Below the pieces are notes generated by a model. It saw only the letters and a list, made by a program, of their open reading frames with translations, made no database searches and was not told where the DNA came from. Of a stretch of DNA of 64,000 bases, positions 9,643-18,993 are shown in pieces (position 1 is the stretch's first letter; every line of letters starts with the position of its first letter). The position numbers and the translations under genes are program-made. Origin of the DNA: a virus (lineage: Duplodnaviria; Heunggongvirae; Uroviricota; Caudoviricetes); IMG/VR virus record IMGVR_UViG_3300029288_000059, positions 225,237 to 289,236 of that record; one strand, given 5' to 3'.

Positions 9643-10428
9643 ATGAAATTAACATTGATACATGAGAGACCAACCATTAACATTACTTTTTCTACTAATG
9701 AGAAAGTGGAGAACATTAATATGATTACAACAAATATTAAAATGTATAGAGGTGCTGCCAGTCATATTGATGTCTTTATTAAGAACTCGGATAGAAAATC
9801 ACTTAATACTCTAGGTAAAACTATCACCGCACATATGACTTTTTTGGAAAATGAAGATTGTGCATTCGTTAAAGTATTAAATGTTATAGACGAAACAAAG
9901 GGACAATACGAATTAGTATTAGAACGTGGTGAAGTTGATAGTTTAACGCCAGGAAGATATAGAATTGTTTTTACAATTAGGGATTTAAATGATACGGAAG
10001 AAATGTTATATAGTGAGAATGAATATTCTACTAATATTAATGTTGAAATAGTTACTAAGGCATTACCCCAATTTCGTCCATCAACGGTTATTAATAACTT
10101 CCAATTATATAACAATAAGTATTATTCTTCCGCTTATCCAGGTGATATGCAACTAGGATTCTTAGATGGATTCCATACGTGTGCCATGTACTGTACAAAT
10201 TTTAGTGGTAAAGTATGGATTCAAAGTACATTAGAAAATAGTATCCCAACACAAGAAAATGACTGGATTAATTTGCTTATATCATTAACTGGTTCATACT
10301 ATGAATTAACTAATTTCACAGGTATAGAACCATTTAACTTCCAAATCCAATGCCAATGGATAAGATTTGTATATGAACCATCCGTTAATAATACTGGTAC
10401 GATTGATAAGATATTGTATCGTAATTAA
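9643..10428 (+). CDS. Hypothetical structural protein. Its C-terminal domain is shared with the 236..640 product.
   Basis: It lies adjacent to the fiber-like gene and has the same 261-aa length. The C-terminal motif is shared. Confidence 0.4.
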   Translation: MKLTLIHERPTINITFSTNEKVENINMITTNIKMYRGAASHIDVFIKNSDRKSLNTLGKTITAHMTFLENEDCAFVKVLNVIDETKGQYELVLERGEVDSLTPGRYRIVFTIRDLNDTEEMLYSENEYSTNINVEIVTKALPQFRPSTVINNFQLYNNKYYSSAYPGDMQLGFLDGFHTCAMYCTNFSGKVWIQSTLENSIPTQENDWINLLISLTGSYYELTNFTGIEPFNFQIQCQWIRFVYEPSVNNTGTIDKILYRN

Positions 10429-10430
10429 AT

Positions 10431-11036
10431 TTAACCATCCCTACTATGTAAATACGGAATGCAGTGATAATGTTCTCTAGGAATACCCCATTGAACCCCC
10501 GATGACAACATTCGTTCGCTTTTATCACCCCCGTCATCAAATTTATAAGTGAATAATTTTTTATCCTTATATTTTTCAATAAATTTGGTTACTATTGAAT
10601 TGCCTATAAACTCTTGAATTGAGTTGAGACTCTTATCATATGAATCTACGTCATCGGCAATTTCATTCCACGACTTTCCACATCGATGCAACATATCTCT
10701 AAGTTGTTCAAATCGTCTATATTGCTGTTTAGTTTGATAATTCGTTCTATCTAATGGATTGTCTAACCATCGTCTAAACGCATCATATGAATAATCTGAA
10801 ATAAGGCGGTTACTGATATGGTAAGTAATAGGGGTCTGCTTATTCATTAATTCCGTTACTACGTCATTTATAGGTGATGCCGTATCAAATGCAATAAACA
10901 TTTCATCCATATATAAATTACTCTTAATATGGTCACACCAATATTCCTGTGTAGGTTCAACATCAACGGCGATGAGAAATGAACTACTAGAACTATTACT
11001 TACAAAACCAGTTCTTATCTTCATTCTTTCCTCCAA
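10431..11036 (-). CDS. Hypothetical protein, 201 aa.
   Basis: Long ORF with a Ser-run near the N-terminus (GFVSNSSSSSF). Confidence 0.45.
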   Translation of the reverse strand: MEERMKIRTGFVSNSSSSSFLIAVDVEPTQEYWCDHIKSNLYMDEMFIAFDTASPINDVVTELMNKQTPITYHISNRLISDYSYDAFRRWLDNPLDRTNYQTKQQYRRFEQLRDMLHRCGKSWNEIADDVDSYDKSLNSIQEFIGNSIVTKFIEKYKDKKLFTYKFDDGGDKSERMLSSGVQWGIPREHYHCIPYLHSRDG

Positions 11037-11326
11037 ACACGAATACCAACACGTGATTCTTTTTTATTGAGACCAAGAACAGGTACAATTTCTTTAACCG
11101 TCGTATCGTCAATTATATCGACCGAATGTGTTGTAAATTTTGAACCATAACGTTTACTATGACTAGCACACGCCGCCGATAATTTACGAAGTGTTGCAAC
11201 ACGGGTTTCTGTTGTACATTCCACAATAAAGGAATCACCAACTTCCATTGTATTAAATGGATATTTAGCTTTTCGTTGTGTTTTTGGTAATTCAACATTT
11301 TTTTCTACTACTAATGTATCAGTCAT
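11021..11326 (-). CDS. Member of the 'RxWK-module' family, one module. It ends IRVWRKE.
   Basis: The motifs YPF..M.VGDSF... and RVW at the C-terminus are present. Confidence 0.5.
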   Translation of the reverse strand: MTDTLVVEKNVELPKTQRKAKYPFNTMEVGDSFIVECTTETRVATLRKLSAACASHSKRYGSKFTTHSVDIIDDTTVKEIVPVLGLNKKESRVGIRVWRKE

Positions 11327-11367
11327 TTATTTTCTCCTATTTAATTTTAAAACATATATAACAACGA

Positions 11368-12066
11368 TTAGAGTTTCCAAGTACGAATCTTGTACTTATC
11401 AATAACGCGAGTAGTTACTTTAATGCCTTCCATCTTGGCAATATAATATAATCTACCAGCTTCCAATTTACTTAATGTAACACTATCACCCGTTTTCATC
11501 TTAAGTAATAATGTACGGAACGGACTGGAAGTTATCCGTTTGACTTCAGGGATAGGAATGTTACTTTCAATTTTAACATTAGCTGGTAGACTGGGTTCCT
11601 CACCAACATATTTTGGAATGATGTGATTACATGGAGTCACTATAACATCCTTACGAGTTACTGTTGCAATATCACCAATCATTGTATAAGTAAATTTGGT
11701 ATTATTAGTTCTACCCCGACGATAGCACATCTTAGTGAAACGTGCCTTAACTTTGTCACCACGTTCACATTGTTTAATGAGTTTAACATTAAATGTTTCA
11801 CCATTTTTTAACTCATTGAAGGGTAAACGGTCATTGCTTGGATATGTAAGCATTGCCGGTGTAGCAACAACTTGTTTGCCTGTATTAGTAACAATGTATT
11901 GTCCGTTACGAGTACACATTGTATATGTTGTATTATTTCGTTTACCACGACTACCACATAAGTTAATTAACTGCCGATATGTGCGTCTATCACTAGCAGT
12001 TATGTAAAATGATTGTCCTGGGCCTAATGCTTCGAATGGATAATCAGTGTTGATACTACGTGACAT
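11368..12066 (-). CDS. Member of the 'RxWK-module' family, three modules. It ends IRTWKL.
   Basis: Repeated YPFE.LGPGQSF...YRQLINLCGSRGKRNNTTY and IPIP...GDS...RTWKL modules are present. Confidence 0.5.
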   Translation of the reverse strand: MSRSINTDYPFEALGPGQSFYITASDRRTYRQLINLCGSRGKRNNTTYTMCTRNGQYIVTNTGKQVVATPAMLTYPSNDRLPFNELKNGETFNVKLIKQCERGDKVKARFTKMCYRRGRTNNTKFTYTMIGDIATVTRKDVIVTPCNHIIPKYVGEEPSLPANVKIESNIPIPEVKRITSSPFRTLLLKMKTGDSVTLSKLEAGRLYYIAKMEGIKVTTRVIDKYKIRTWKL

Positions 12067-12088
12067 TTATAATCTCCAATATTTAAAA

Positions 12089-12547
12089 TTATGACAATTT
12101 CCAAACTCGAATATACTCATTATCAACCTTATGGGATGTTAATACAATATTAGCATGCCATGCGGCACCAAAAACACGTGGCCTATGTGTTGCGGGAATG
12201 AGAATACTATCACCCTTTTTCATCTTATACAATACGTTTCGATATGAACATCGTTCCGTTGGCATGGGAATGTTCTTTTCAATTACTAAGTCATTACTAG
12301 ATGTAGAAACATTAGTTTGTTTCGTTACTTTCTGTGGGGATGTGGTCCCTTTATTGGTAACGACGTATTGTTCACCGACAACATTAAGTGCATACTTAAC
12401 ATTATTTCGTTTCCCACGACGCTGACATAAGTTAATTAACTGCCGATATACACGTTTATCGCCAGTTTTCCCAACATCAACACTAAACGATTGTCCACTC
12501 ATTAGTGTTTCAAATGGATATTGAGTTAATTTTAATTTCCTACTCAT
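12089..12547 (-). CDS. Member of the 'RxWK-module' family, two modules. It ends IRVWKLS.
   Basis: It contains YPFETLMSGQSF...RVYRQLINLCQRRGKRNNVKY and IPMPTE...KKGDSILI...IRVWKLS. Confidence 0.5.
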   Translation of the reverse strand: MSRKLKLTQYPFETLMSGQSFSVDVGKTGDKRVYRQLINLCQRRGKRNNVKYALNVVGEQYVVTNKGTTSPQKVTKQTNVSTSSNDLVIEKNIPMPTERCSYRNVLYKMKKGDSILIPATHRPRVFGAAWHANIVLTSHKVDNEYIRVWKLS

Positions 12548-12559
12548 ATTACATACTCC

Positions 12560-12829
12560 CTATGCTTTCCAAATCCGAAATCCGCCAGGTACCTTGCGTG
12601 TTCTAAGTTTAATACCTGTCTTTTTACCTAAGTTTAAACATAATGTTCGTTCGGCATTAGTTTTTACCAAAAACGAATCACCGGTACGCAATCCAGGTAA
12701 TGCCGTTCGAAACTTTAAACTTTTGGTGTTATAAACACCTGGTGTAATTGGTACACTGTGTTCAATAACAATCGAACTAAAATCAAATTTTGTCTCCATT
12801 GTTTTATACCTTCCAAACCCGAAAACCAT
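12560..12829 (-). CDS. Member of the 'RxWK-module' family, one module. It ends FRIWKA.
   Basis: It contains VPITPGVY...RTGDSFLV...FRIWKA. Confidence 0.5.
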   Translation of the reverse strand: MVFGFGRYKTMETKFDFSSIVIEHSVPITPGVYNTKSLKFRTALPGLRTGDSFLVKTNAERTLCLNLGKKTGIKLRTRKVPGGFRIWKA

Positions 12830-13406
12830 TATCCGCCATTTTAATTTTTATCTTCATAGCATTACGATACGCGACTAAATAGAATTGGCGTGCGAATTTA
12901 TAATCACTAACTACAAACGAGTCACCGATTACCATCTTATTAATAATTGCCAATACCTTATCCGTATCAGTCCGGTTACGTGATGGTGTTGGGACGCCGT
13001 GTTCAATCTTAATATCATCAAAATTAAACGAACCAGTTTGTACTGATTGCACTTTATTACGTTTAACCGATGGTGTTTTATGTGTTTTGATTGCAGGTAA
13101 TGGAATACCTGTCTCAATTACCAATTCACCGACTGAAGGAATATTGTGTGTTGTTGGCACATTCCCAGTACTAATGGCATATTTAGAGGCATTAGCTGTT
13201 GGTTTTGGTTTATTATAATCTTCTACTAAACGAACTTCGACGTGTGTGGGAGTCATCTTATAAGAGAATTTCTTATTCAATGCCTTTCCACGCCGATAAC
13301 AAATATTAGCGAATCGTTGTTCAACTTTGAAACGATTATCATACTCATTAAGGGGAACACTAAATGCTTCCCCTACTGTTAAGTCTTTGAATGGATAATC
13401 TAACAT
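12804..13406 (-). CDS. Member of the 'RxWK-module' family, two modules. It ends FRVWKV.
   Basis: It contains YPFKDLTVGEAF...FANICYRRGKALNKKFSY and VPTPS...IGDSFVV...FRVWKV. Confidence 0.5.
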   Translation of the reverse strand: MLDYPFKDLTVGEAFSVPLNEYDNRFKVEQRFANICYRRGKALNKKFSYKMTPTHVEVRLVEDYNKPKPTANASKYAISTGNVPTTHNIPSVGELVIETGIPLPAIKTHKTPSVKRNKVQSVQTGSFNFDDIKIEHGVPTPSRNRTDTDKVLAIINKMVIGDSFVVSDYKFARQFYLVAYRNAMKIKIKMADNGFRVWKV

Positions 13407-13569
13407 TTTAAAATCTCCTTATTAAGTTATCTACATATATTAAATTATAATAAAATTAACGATATGTCAATAGGGGAATTTATTAAATTATTTTAAAATT
13501 ATACATGGACTTTCAATTAATATATGTTATACTTAACTTATAAACACCATAATAAAGGGGGTAACTCAA

Positions 13570-13830
13570 ATGACAAACGTAAATACGCAAGATAGTATTA
13601 AATTATATAAACAAATTACTAAAATTATCGGTAATACTGCTGATTACCGTAATAAGTATGCCACCTGTGCTACATATAAGTGGTATGCTAAAGGTAAAAG
13701 TAAAAAAGTTGCTAAAAAATTAAAATTTTATATAGATATAGGAGTTGTTAAGATTAACAAAGATTGTATCAATGGATGTAAAAGTATTATTTTACGCGTA
13801 GAACAAGATTTCTACATCAGTAAAAAATAA
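13570..13830 (+). CDS. Small early protein, 86 aa, driven by an early-promoter cassette.
   Basis: A conserved TATACT-TAACTTATAAACA element sits 40 nt upstream. The RBS is AAAGGGGG. Confidence 0.45.
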   Translation: MTNVNTQDSIKLYKQITKIIGNTADYRNKYATCATYKWYAKGKSKKVAKKLKFYIDIGVVKINKDCINGCKSIILRVEQDFYISKK

Positions 13831-13904
13831 TACAAATATAAAATAATGATGAATGGGCATTTAGTATACTCATTCATCATATATAATCTAAATTTTTAAA
13901 TTGG

Positions 13905-14672
13905 TCACAGTTTCCAAATGCGATATTGGTATGGTTCTTTATTGTTAATGCGGCGTGTGGTAATGGCAATGTTGTGACGTCTCAGTAACTTAGTTTGTGC
14001 ATTGTATTTCAACCTGCCTACTATAACATAGGAATCACCGGAATTCATATTTTGTAAAGTATCCAATATTATCTTATTACTAGCCGACCATTTATTCTGT
14101 GTACTGTACACATGATATCCTTTCATGTGTACCACGAGTATATTATGTTCAATTGGGACAATAAACGTATTATTGTCAATTACTTCATCTTTAATATCAG
14201 TTCTTAAGTCTTTAACTTTCCATACTCGAAAATTACCCATATCTAATTTCGTATACGTAATTTTAATATTATTTTTTCGAGTATATACTACAATCCCCAC
14301 CCTGTCCGTATTATTAACAATAATACTATCACCCTCACCCATTTTATTAAATATGTGAATATACTTATTTGGTCTACCTGTACCACGCTTCATTGGTGGG
14401 ATTGGACATTTAGATTCAATCGTTTTCAATAACTGTTCTATTCGTTCCCATTTGTCATATACTGTAATATGTAACCTATTACCTTGCCGTTCATAAGATA
14501 TTTTGTTATAAGTAGAACGCGTAATCGCATATAAACGACGGATTAGTGTTGGTAATTCACTCTCATCATTAAAGATAATATCAAACTCTTTACCAGGAAC
14601 AAATAACTCCATTGGTAATTTCTTTGCATATTCATATTGTACTGGTACTTCCAATAATTCATTAGTCGTCAT
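13905..14672 (-). CDS. Member of the 'RxWK-module' family. It has an N-terminal extra domain plus two modules, and ends YRIWKL.
   Basis: It contains PIPPMKRG...GEGDSIIV...FRVWKV and a second module ending YRIWKL. Confidence 0.5.
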   Translation of the reverse strand: MTTNELLEVPVQYEYAKKLPMELFVPGKEFDIIFNDESELPTLIRRLYAITRSTYNKISYERQGNRLHITVYDKWERIEQLLKTIESKCPIPPMKRGTGRPNKYIHIFNKMGEGDSIIVNNTDRVGIVVYTRKNNIKITYTKLDMGNFRVWKVKDLRTDIKDEVIDNNTFIVPIEHNILVVHMKGYHVYSTQNKWSASNKIILDTLQNMNSGDSYVIVGRLKYNAQTKLLRRHNIAITTRRINNKEPYQYRIWKL

Positions 14673-14923
14673 GTTACGAAAATCCTTATTAATATCTGCT
14701 TACTAAAACTTATAACAGACTACCGTCATAGTCAATATCTAAAATAATCACAACTAAATGGAATAGCATATTATTAAGTTTGAAGATACGTAATATTCAC
14801 TTGTTTGGTAAATATTATGTATCAATCCATCCAGTCACGATTATGTTGTATAGTCGTAATAAAGATGACGACATAAAATATATCGTCATCTTTAATGTCC
14901 CATATATGACTTAGTTAATTAGA

Positions 14924-16078
14924 TTATTCACAAGGACAATAGTCATTAATTAAGTTATTAATGACTGGTAAATTATCAGTATTGAATGTAGAACCAATGG
15001 CAGTTTTAAGCCATTCTGGTTCTATACTTAAGAACTGTCCTGCTGTTTTAACTGGAGTAGATGATACTGTAATCTTAATCTCATACACATTATTACTACA
15101 TTCAATCCCCAATTTACCCATACAATCAACTAATGGTTTATTATAATCCTGTATATAACTAGCAAGATGTCTAATCATGTCATCATCTGTTAAGCCATAA
15201 ACATCTTTTATTGGTTGTACATAATTGTTAATAGATGGAGTATTATCTTGTTGGAATGATTCCTTAAAAGTTGTATAAACTTTTTTATTAGTTAAGGAAT
15301 TGCATTGTTCTCTAATTTGTTTCAACCGTTTTTTACATAATTCACGTAAGAACGTTTTATCACGATTACCACCTAAAAACTTCTTAACTTTAAAGTATTC
15401 TTCCGCCACATCATATAAATGTCTACCTATTGTATCATTTAACGTGCCACTCTCATTTAAATGACGAGTCATTGCTTTCGCAATCATCAAATAATTACAA
15501 GGCATCTTAAAACGTTCTTTACCTTGTTGTATATAGATTTCTTCAATATTACGGGAACGAGCCCCATGTGTTTCTTCTGTAATGGGGATAGTATGTATAA
15601 CAGTTAGTTTGGCATTCTCTAATTCCCATAGTGAGCGTTTCCGTGACTTAGGAATCATAGCTTCCATTAACATCCAATTATTAAGAACTTTATCAAACCC
15701 TTCACTCATTTCCGATTTATCCTTACGAGATATATCTAAGAACTTTTGTTGTGGTGAAGTACGTGAAAATAGTTTAGTTGTAAACTTCAAACCAAATACA
15801 TTTGAGATTAATCTCATACGTTTAATCATATCTAACAACGTACTCTCTTTAATATTAGAAGTCTTATTAAGATACATTAAGACTTCATACTCTTCTGTAT
15901 ATTTCTTAGTTTGTGGGATTCGTATGAGAATATCATTTGGTGTAATATAAAACCAACGTGCATCCTTAGGAGAATATATACCTTTACCGTCCTTATCATA
16001 TAACTTAATACTATTATCAAAGTCTGGTATAGAAGCAATCTCATATAATTGTTCTGCTAGTTGTTCACTTGATGACAT
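14924..16078 (-). CDS. Hypothetical protein, 384 aa, downstream of the large terminase gene.
   Basis: Long ORF with no recognised motif. Confidence 0.45.
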   Translation of the reverse strand: MSSSEQLAEQLYEIASIPDFDNSIKLYDKDGKGIYSPKDARWFYITPNDILIRIPQTKKYTEEYEVLMYLNKTSNIKESTLLDMIKRMRLISNVFGLKFTTKLFSRTSPQQKFLDISRKDKSEMSEGFDKVLNNWMLMEAMIPKSRKRSLWELENAKLTVIHTIPITEETHGARSRNIEEIYIQQGKERFKMPCNYLMIAKAMTRHLNESGTLNDTIGRHLYDVAEEYFKVKKFLGGNRDKTFLRELCKKRLKQIREQCNSLTNKKVYTTFKESFQQDNTPSINNYVQPIKDVYGLTDDDMIRHLASYIQDYNKPLVDCMGKLGIECSNNVYEIKITVSSTPVKTAGQFLSIEPEWLKTAIGSTFNTDNLPVINNLINDYCPCE

Positions 16079-16116
16079 CTCATTATCCTCATTAATAACA
16101 TTTACTATATTTATTG

Positions 16117-17916
16117 TTATCTATTATAACCGTAACTGTTTCCAATAATGAATACGGGTGTATAGTCTTCATCGTCCTCGATTGTTTCCTTGAATTGGAT
16201 ATCAATAGTTTCATCCATCTTCATTAATACACCCAACATTCGAACACATAACAAGGAAGCGGATACTGCATCATCATGTGTACCTGTCTTACCACTATAA
16301 CTAGAGCCATTAACAATATATAAACTTAATTGGCGAGTTAGTTCTTTTGAACTAATAATCAATTTTTGTTTTTCCACCAAACTCTTTAATTGAGCACAGG
16401 CTTCTAACTTAGTTTGATTAGTTGTACAGTAACCACGTCTAAATCTTTTATTTTTCTTTTTAGGCTCAGACATAAATACACCAGGGAAGTTATCTTCTCC
16501 AATTTGTGATATGACAACTAAGGCTGCTTCACCCAATGTATTATTTTCAACTGTCCAATATAATTCCGACGAATCTGTTCGCGTCTTTATCGAATCATGA
16601 ATTTTTAATAGGATTTGTCTTAAGGTTTTAATTTGTGTTGGTATATCTGCATGATTGTTCAACCATTCGGCAACTTGTTTCATACCCGGAACTTCAAATA
16701 CTTGAATACAAGAAAAATCCTCACCCTGTCCCAATGACGGGTCTAATGCTACTAAATACGTCATACCTTGTTTAGGTTCAGAATACCACCTTACTTCGCC
16801 TTGTTTACATATTGGGGATATTTTATCCACGTTTGCAATAATTTGTTTCATACACATATTATCAATTAATGATTTATCTAATCCGACAAATTCACAATTA
16901 TATTCACGTTCAAACTTGGCATCACTACCCATCTTCGCACGTTCTGCAAGTTCCCACTTTTCATCACGGTCAGGATGTACTCTCCATGTCGCTTTGTAAA
17001 ATTTAAACCCATTAATTCCAGGTCCATTATTAGGTATTTCATTACCACTACCATCAATGAAAGCCTGTGATTCTCTACATATCTTAGCAAATAAATCATA
17101 TTCTGTATTAGGGGTGGATGTAATAATCATCTTCCCTCGTGTCGTTGCCAATGTAGGAGTAATTGACATATAGAATTCTTCTTGTAATTGGATAGATTTA
17201 AGAAATGCGAATTCATCACAATAAACGATTGCAGGTGATAAACCACGTCCTGCATCACTAGTAGTAGCACGTGATATTAAGACTGAACCAGTATCGAACC
17301 TCATAGAACTCTTGTTATTCTCAATTAAACCCGCCTTTATAAAATCAGGCATATTTTCATAACAATACTTAATACGTTGCATAATCTCTAATGCTTGATT
17401 TTGCTTATTGGCAACAATTAGTATGTCTTTATCCTTATGAAACATTGCATACCATAATAGATATAAACTGGTTACGGTTGTATTATGACTCAATATACCA
17501 TTGGTATAGTATAAGTGATTATTATGATTGTTTTCATCCAATGTATTCACTTCAACACAATACATATGAACCTTAATATGTAAGGGACTACAACTAACAA
17601 CTTCTTCTATATCACCATCAGTAACAATTAAATCACCCATACATAGAGTATCAACATAAACTTGATGATATGTATTATTAATAACGATATGCTTATCTGC
17701 ACATAGTAATGTATGGTTGGTTGTTTTAAGTTCCCATAAATCATAAGGGACTGTCCTAACTACTTTTGATACTATGCCAAAATCAGATTGAAAATGAACA
17801 TCTTTTACATGGGTGAACTTTTTAACATCATTCGTGATTGTATATGTTTTACGATGGTCTTCATCTAAAATATACAATAGACCTTTAATTAAAGTTCGTA
17901 TATATTGTTTAAACAT
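16117..17916 (-). CDS. Terminase large subunit, C-terminal piece. Roughly 153 aa of the C-terminal intein fragment (IntC, carrying intein blocks B, F and G and ending ...GILSHN) are fused to the C-extein starting TTVTSLYLLWYAMFHKDKD.
   Basis: Walker B and nuclease motifs (IVYCDEFAF) are present. The extein resumes exactly at the Walker A Thr (T4 gp17 has [24 protein letters not shown]). Intein motifs found are block B (LKTTNHTLLCADKHIV), ...LCMGDLIV, and blocks F/G (KVHMYCVEV...NHLYYTNGILSHN). Confidence 0.8.
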   Translation of the reverse strand: MFKQYIRTLIKGLLYILDEDHRKTYTITNDVKKFTHVKDVHFQSDFGIVSKVVRTVPYDLWELKTTNHTLLCADKHIVINNTYHQVYVDTLCMGDLIVTDGDIEEVVSCSPLHIKVHMYCVEVNTLDENNHNNHLYYTNGILSHNTTVTSLYLLWYAMFHKDKDILIVANKQNQALEIMQRIKYCYENMPDFIKAGLIENNKSSMRFDTGSVLISRATTSDAGRGLSPAIVYCDEFAFLKSIQLQEEFYMSITPTLATTRGKMIITSTPNTEYDLFAKICRESQAFIDGSGNEIPNNGPGINGFKFYKATWRVHPDRDEKWELAERAKMGSDAKFEREYNCEFVGLDKSLIDNMCMKQIIANVDKISPICKQGEVRWYSEPKQGMTYLVALDPSLGQGEDFSCIQVFEVPGMKQVAEWLNNHADIPTQIKTLRQILLKIHDSIKTRTDSSELYWTVENNTLGEAALVVISQIGEDNFPGVFMSEPKKKNKRFRRGYCTTNQTKLEACAQLKSLVEKQKLIISSKELTRQLSLYIVNGSSYSGKTGTHDDAVSASLLCVRMLGVLMKMDETIDIQFKETIEDDEDYTPVFIIGNSYGYNR

Positions 17917-17965
17917 TCAACTCAATCCTATTAACTACTTTAATATATTTACAAATTGGGATATT

Positions 17966-18385
17966 ATGTACAGAGCACTAGATCCATATCATGTCAATAT
18001 ACGACAATCATCGGGACTTTCAGATGTTTCAGATGGTATTATACGACGGGGTGAAGTTAGTCTCTTCCATTGTGGGTTAACCAAATTACCCATCTTTAAA
18101 TATATAAGTGGTAATCTTGATATTAATAGCAATCTATTAACCAACCTTAACGGCTGTCCTATTTACGTTGGTGGTAATTTATATTGTAGTGATAATCTAT
18201 TATCTAATTTAGATGGTGGGCCACTCTTTGTTTATGGTAATTACTTCTGTGGGCACAATCAATTAATAAGTTGGGATGGTGGGCCCCAGTACGTGAAAGG
18301 TAAATTAATATGTAATAATAATCGTTCCTGGATACTTCACAACCCCACCAATATTTTTATGGGTAAAGGATGTTCAATTGGTTAG
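17966..18385 (+). CDS. LRR-like repeat family protein (MYRALDPYHV...). It lies inside the gap of the fractured terminase gene.
   Basis: It contains 22-aa repeats (LTNLNGCPIYVGGNLYCSDNLLSNLDGGP...). The start was set at the family-type N-terminus at 17966. The longer track ORF, beginning at 17813, overlaps the terminase gene. Confidence 0.55.
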   Translation: MYRALDPYHVNIRQSSGLSDVSDGIIRRGEVSLFHCGLTKLPIFKYISGNLDINSNLLTNLNGCPIYVGGNLYCSDNLLSNLDGGPLFVYGNYFCGHNQLISWDGGPQYVKGKLICNNNRSWILHNPTNIFMGKGCSIG

Positions 18386-18758
18386 AAATTTAGAACCATA
18401 TATTGAACCATATATTGAACCAACTCCTGAATGGAACACAGACGCAATTCATCTGTTTAATGGATTTACTTATGTAATAAAAAGAGGAGGTTATTGTCTT
18501 GGATGGATGAATTTGGGTGAACTTCCTTCGTCTTTCAAATATGTAAGTAAGACATTTAATTGTAGCAATAATCAACTAACAACGTTAAAGGGATGTCCTA
18601 TTTATGTAGGTGGTAATTTCTGGTGTGAACGTAATCAATTAACCAGTTTAAATAATTGTCCTGTTTATATTGGTAACAATTTTATATGTCGAGACAATAC
18701 ATATAAACTCATCCCACCTAAAGAAGTTACTATAATCGGGGAGTTATATAATGATTAG
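18378..18758 (+). CDS. LRR-like repeat family protein (MVRNLEPYIEPYIEP...).
   Basis: It has the family N-terminus and repeats such as NNQLTTLKGCPIYVGGNFWCERNQLTSLNNCPVYIGNNF. An 8-nt overlap links it to the upstream copy. Confidence 0.55.
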   Translation: MVRNLEPYIEPYIEPTPEWNTDAIHLFNGFTYVIKRGGYCLGWMNLGELPSSFKYVSKTFNCSNNQLTTLKGCPIYVGGNFWCERNQLTSLNNCPVYIGNNFICRDNTYKLIPPKEVTIIGELYND

Positions 18759-18823
18759 AAATTTAGAACCATATATTATTAATCATATCACTTGTATAAT
18801 GGGTCTATATCGATAATTTAATC
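18758..18823 (+). pseudogene. Truncated 5' fragment of an LRR-family gene (MIRNLEPYII...), running into the 108-bp tandem repeat.
   Basis: ATGATTAGAAATTTAGAACCATATATT matches the family N-terminus, then diverges and reaches a stop after 21 codons. Confidence 0.4.
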
Positions 18824-18993
18824 AACAAACGTTCCAAGTAATCTACTACTTTTTGTTTTAAATTTAAGTGAAAGACGTTAGATATTATTAATCATATCAC
18901 TTGTATAATGGGTCTATATCGATAATTTAATCAACAAACGTTCCAAGTAATCTACTACTTTTTGTTTTAAATTTAAGTGAAAGACGTTAGATA
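18778..18993. repeat. Two-copy direct tandem repeat with a 108-bp unit.
   Basis: The unit attaatcatatcacttgtataatgggtctatatcgataatttaatcaacaaacgttccaagtaatctactactttttgttttaaatttaagtgaaagacgttagatatt occurs twice back to back. Copy 2 encodes the last 26 codons and stop of the terminase N-piece ORF. Each unit contains a TGTATAAT extended -10-like element. Confidence 0.85.

Noticed and set aside
17813-17965. An upstream extension of the LRR gene ORF, beginning MNFLTSFVIVYVL.
   Set aside because: It overlaps the terminase C-piece coding region and lacks the family leader. The family-type start MYRALDPYHV at 17966 is preferred.
18778-18993. The 108-bp direct repeat was considered as a possible CRISPR array or satellite.
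   Set aside because: There are only two exact copies with no spacers or cas genes. It is a simple tandem duplication, partly coding the 3' end of the terminase N-piece ORF.
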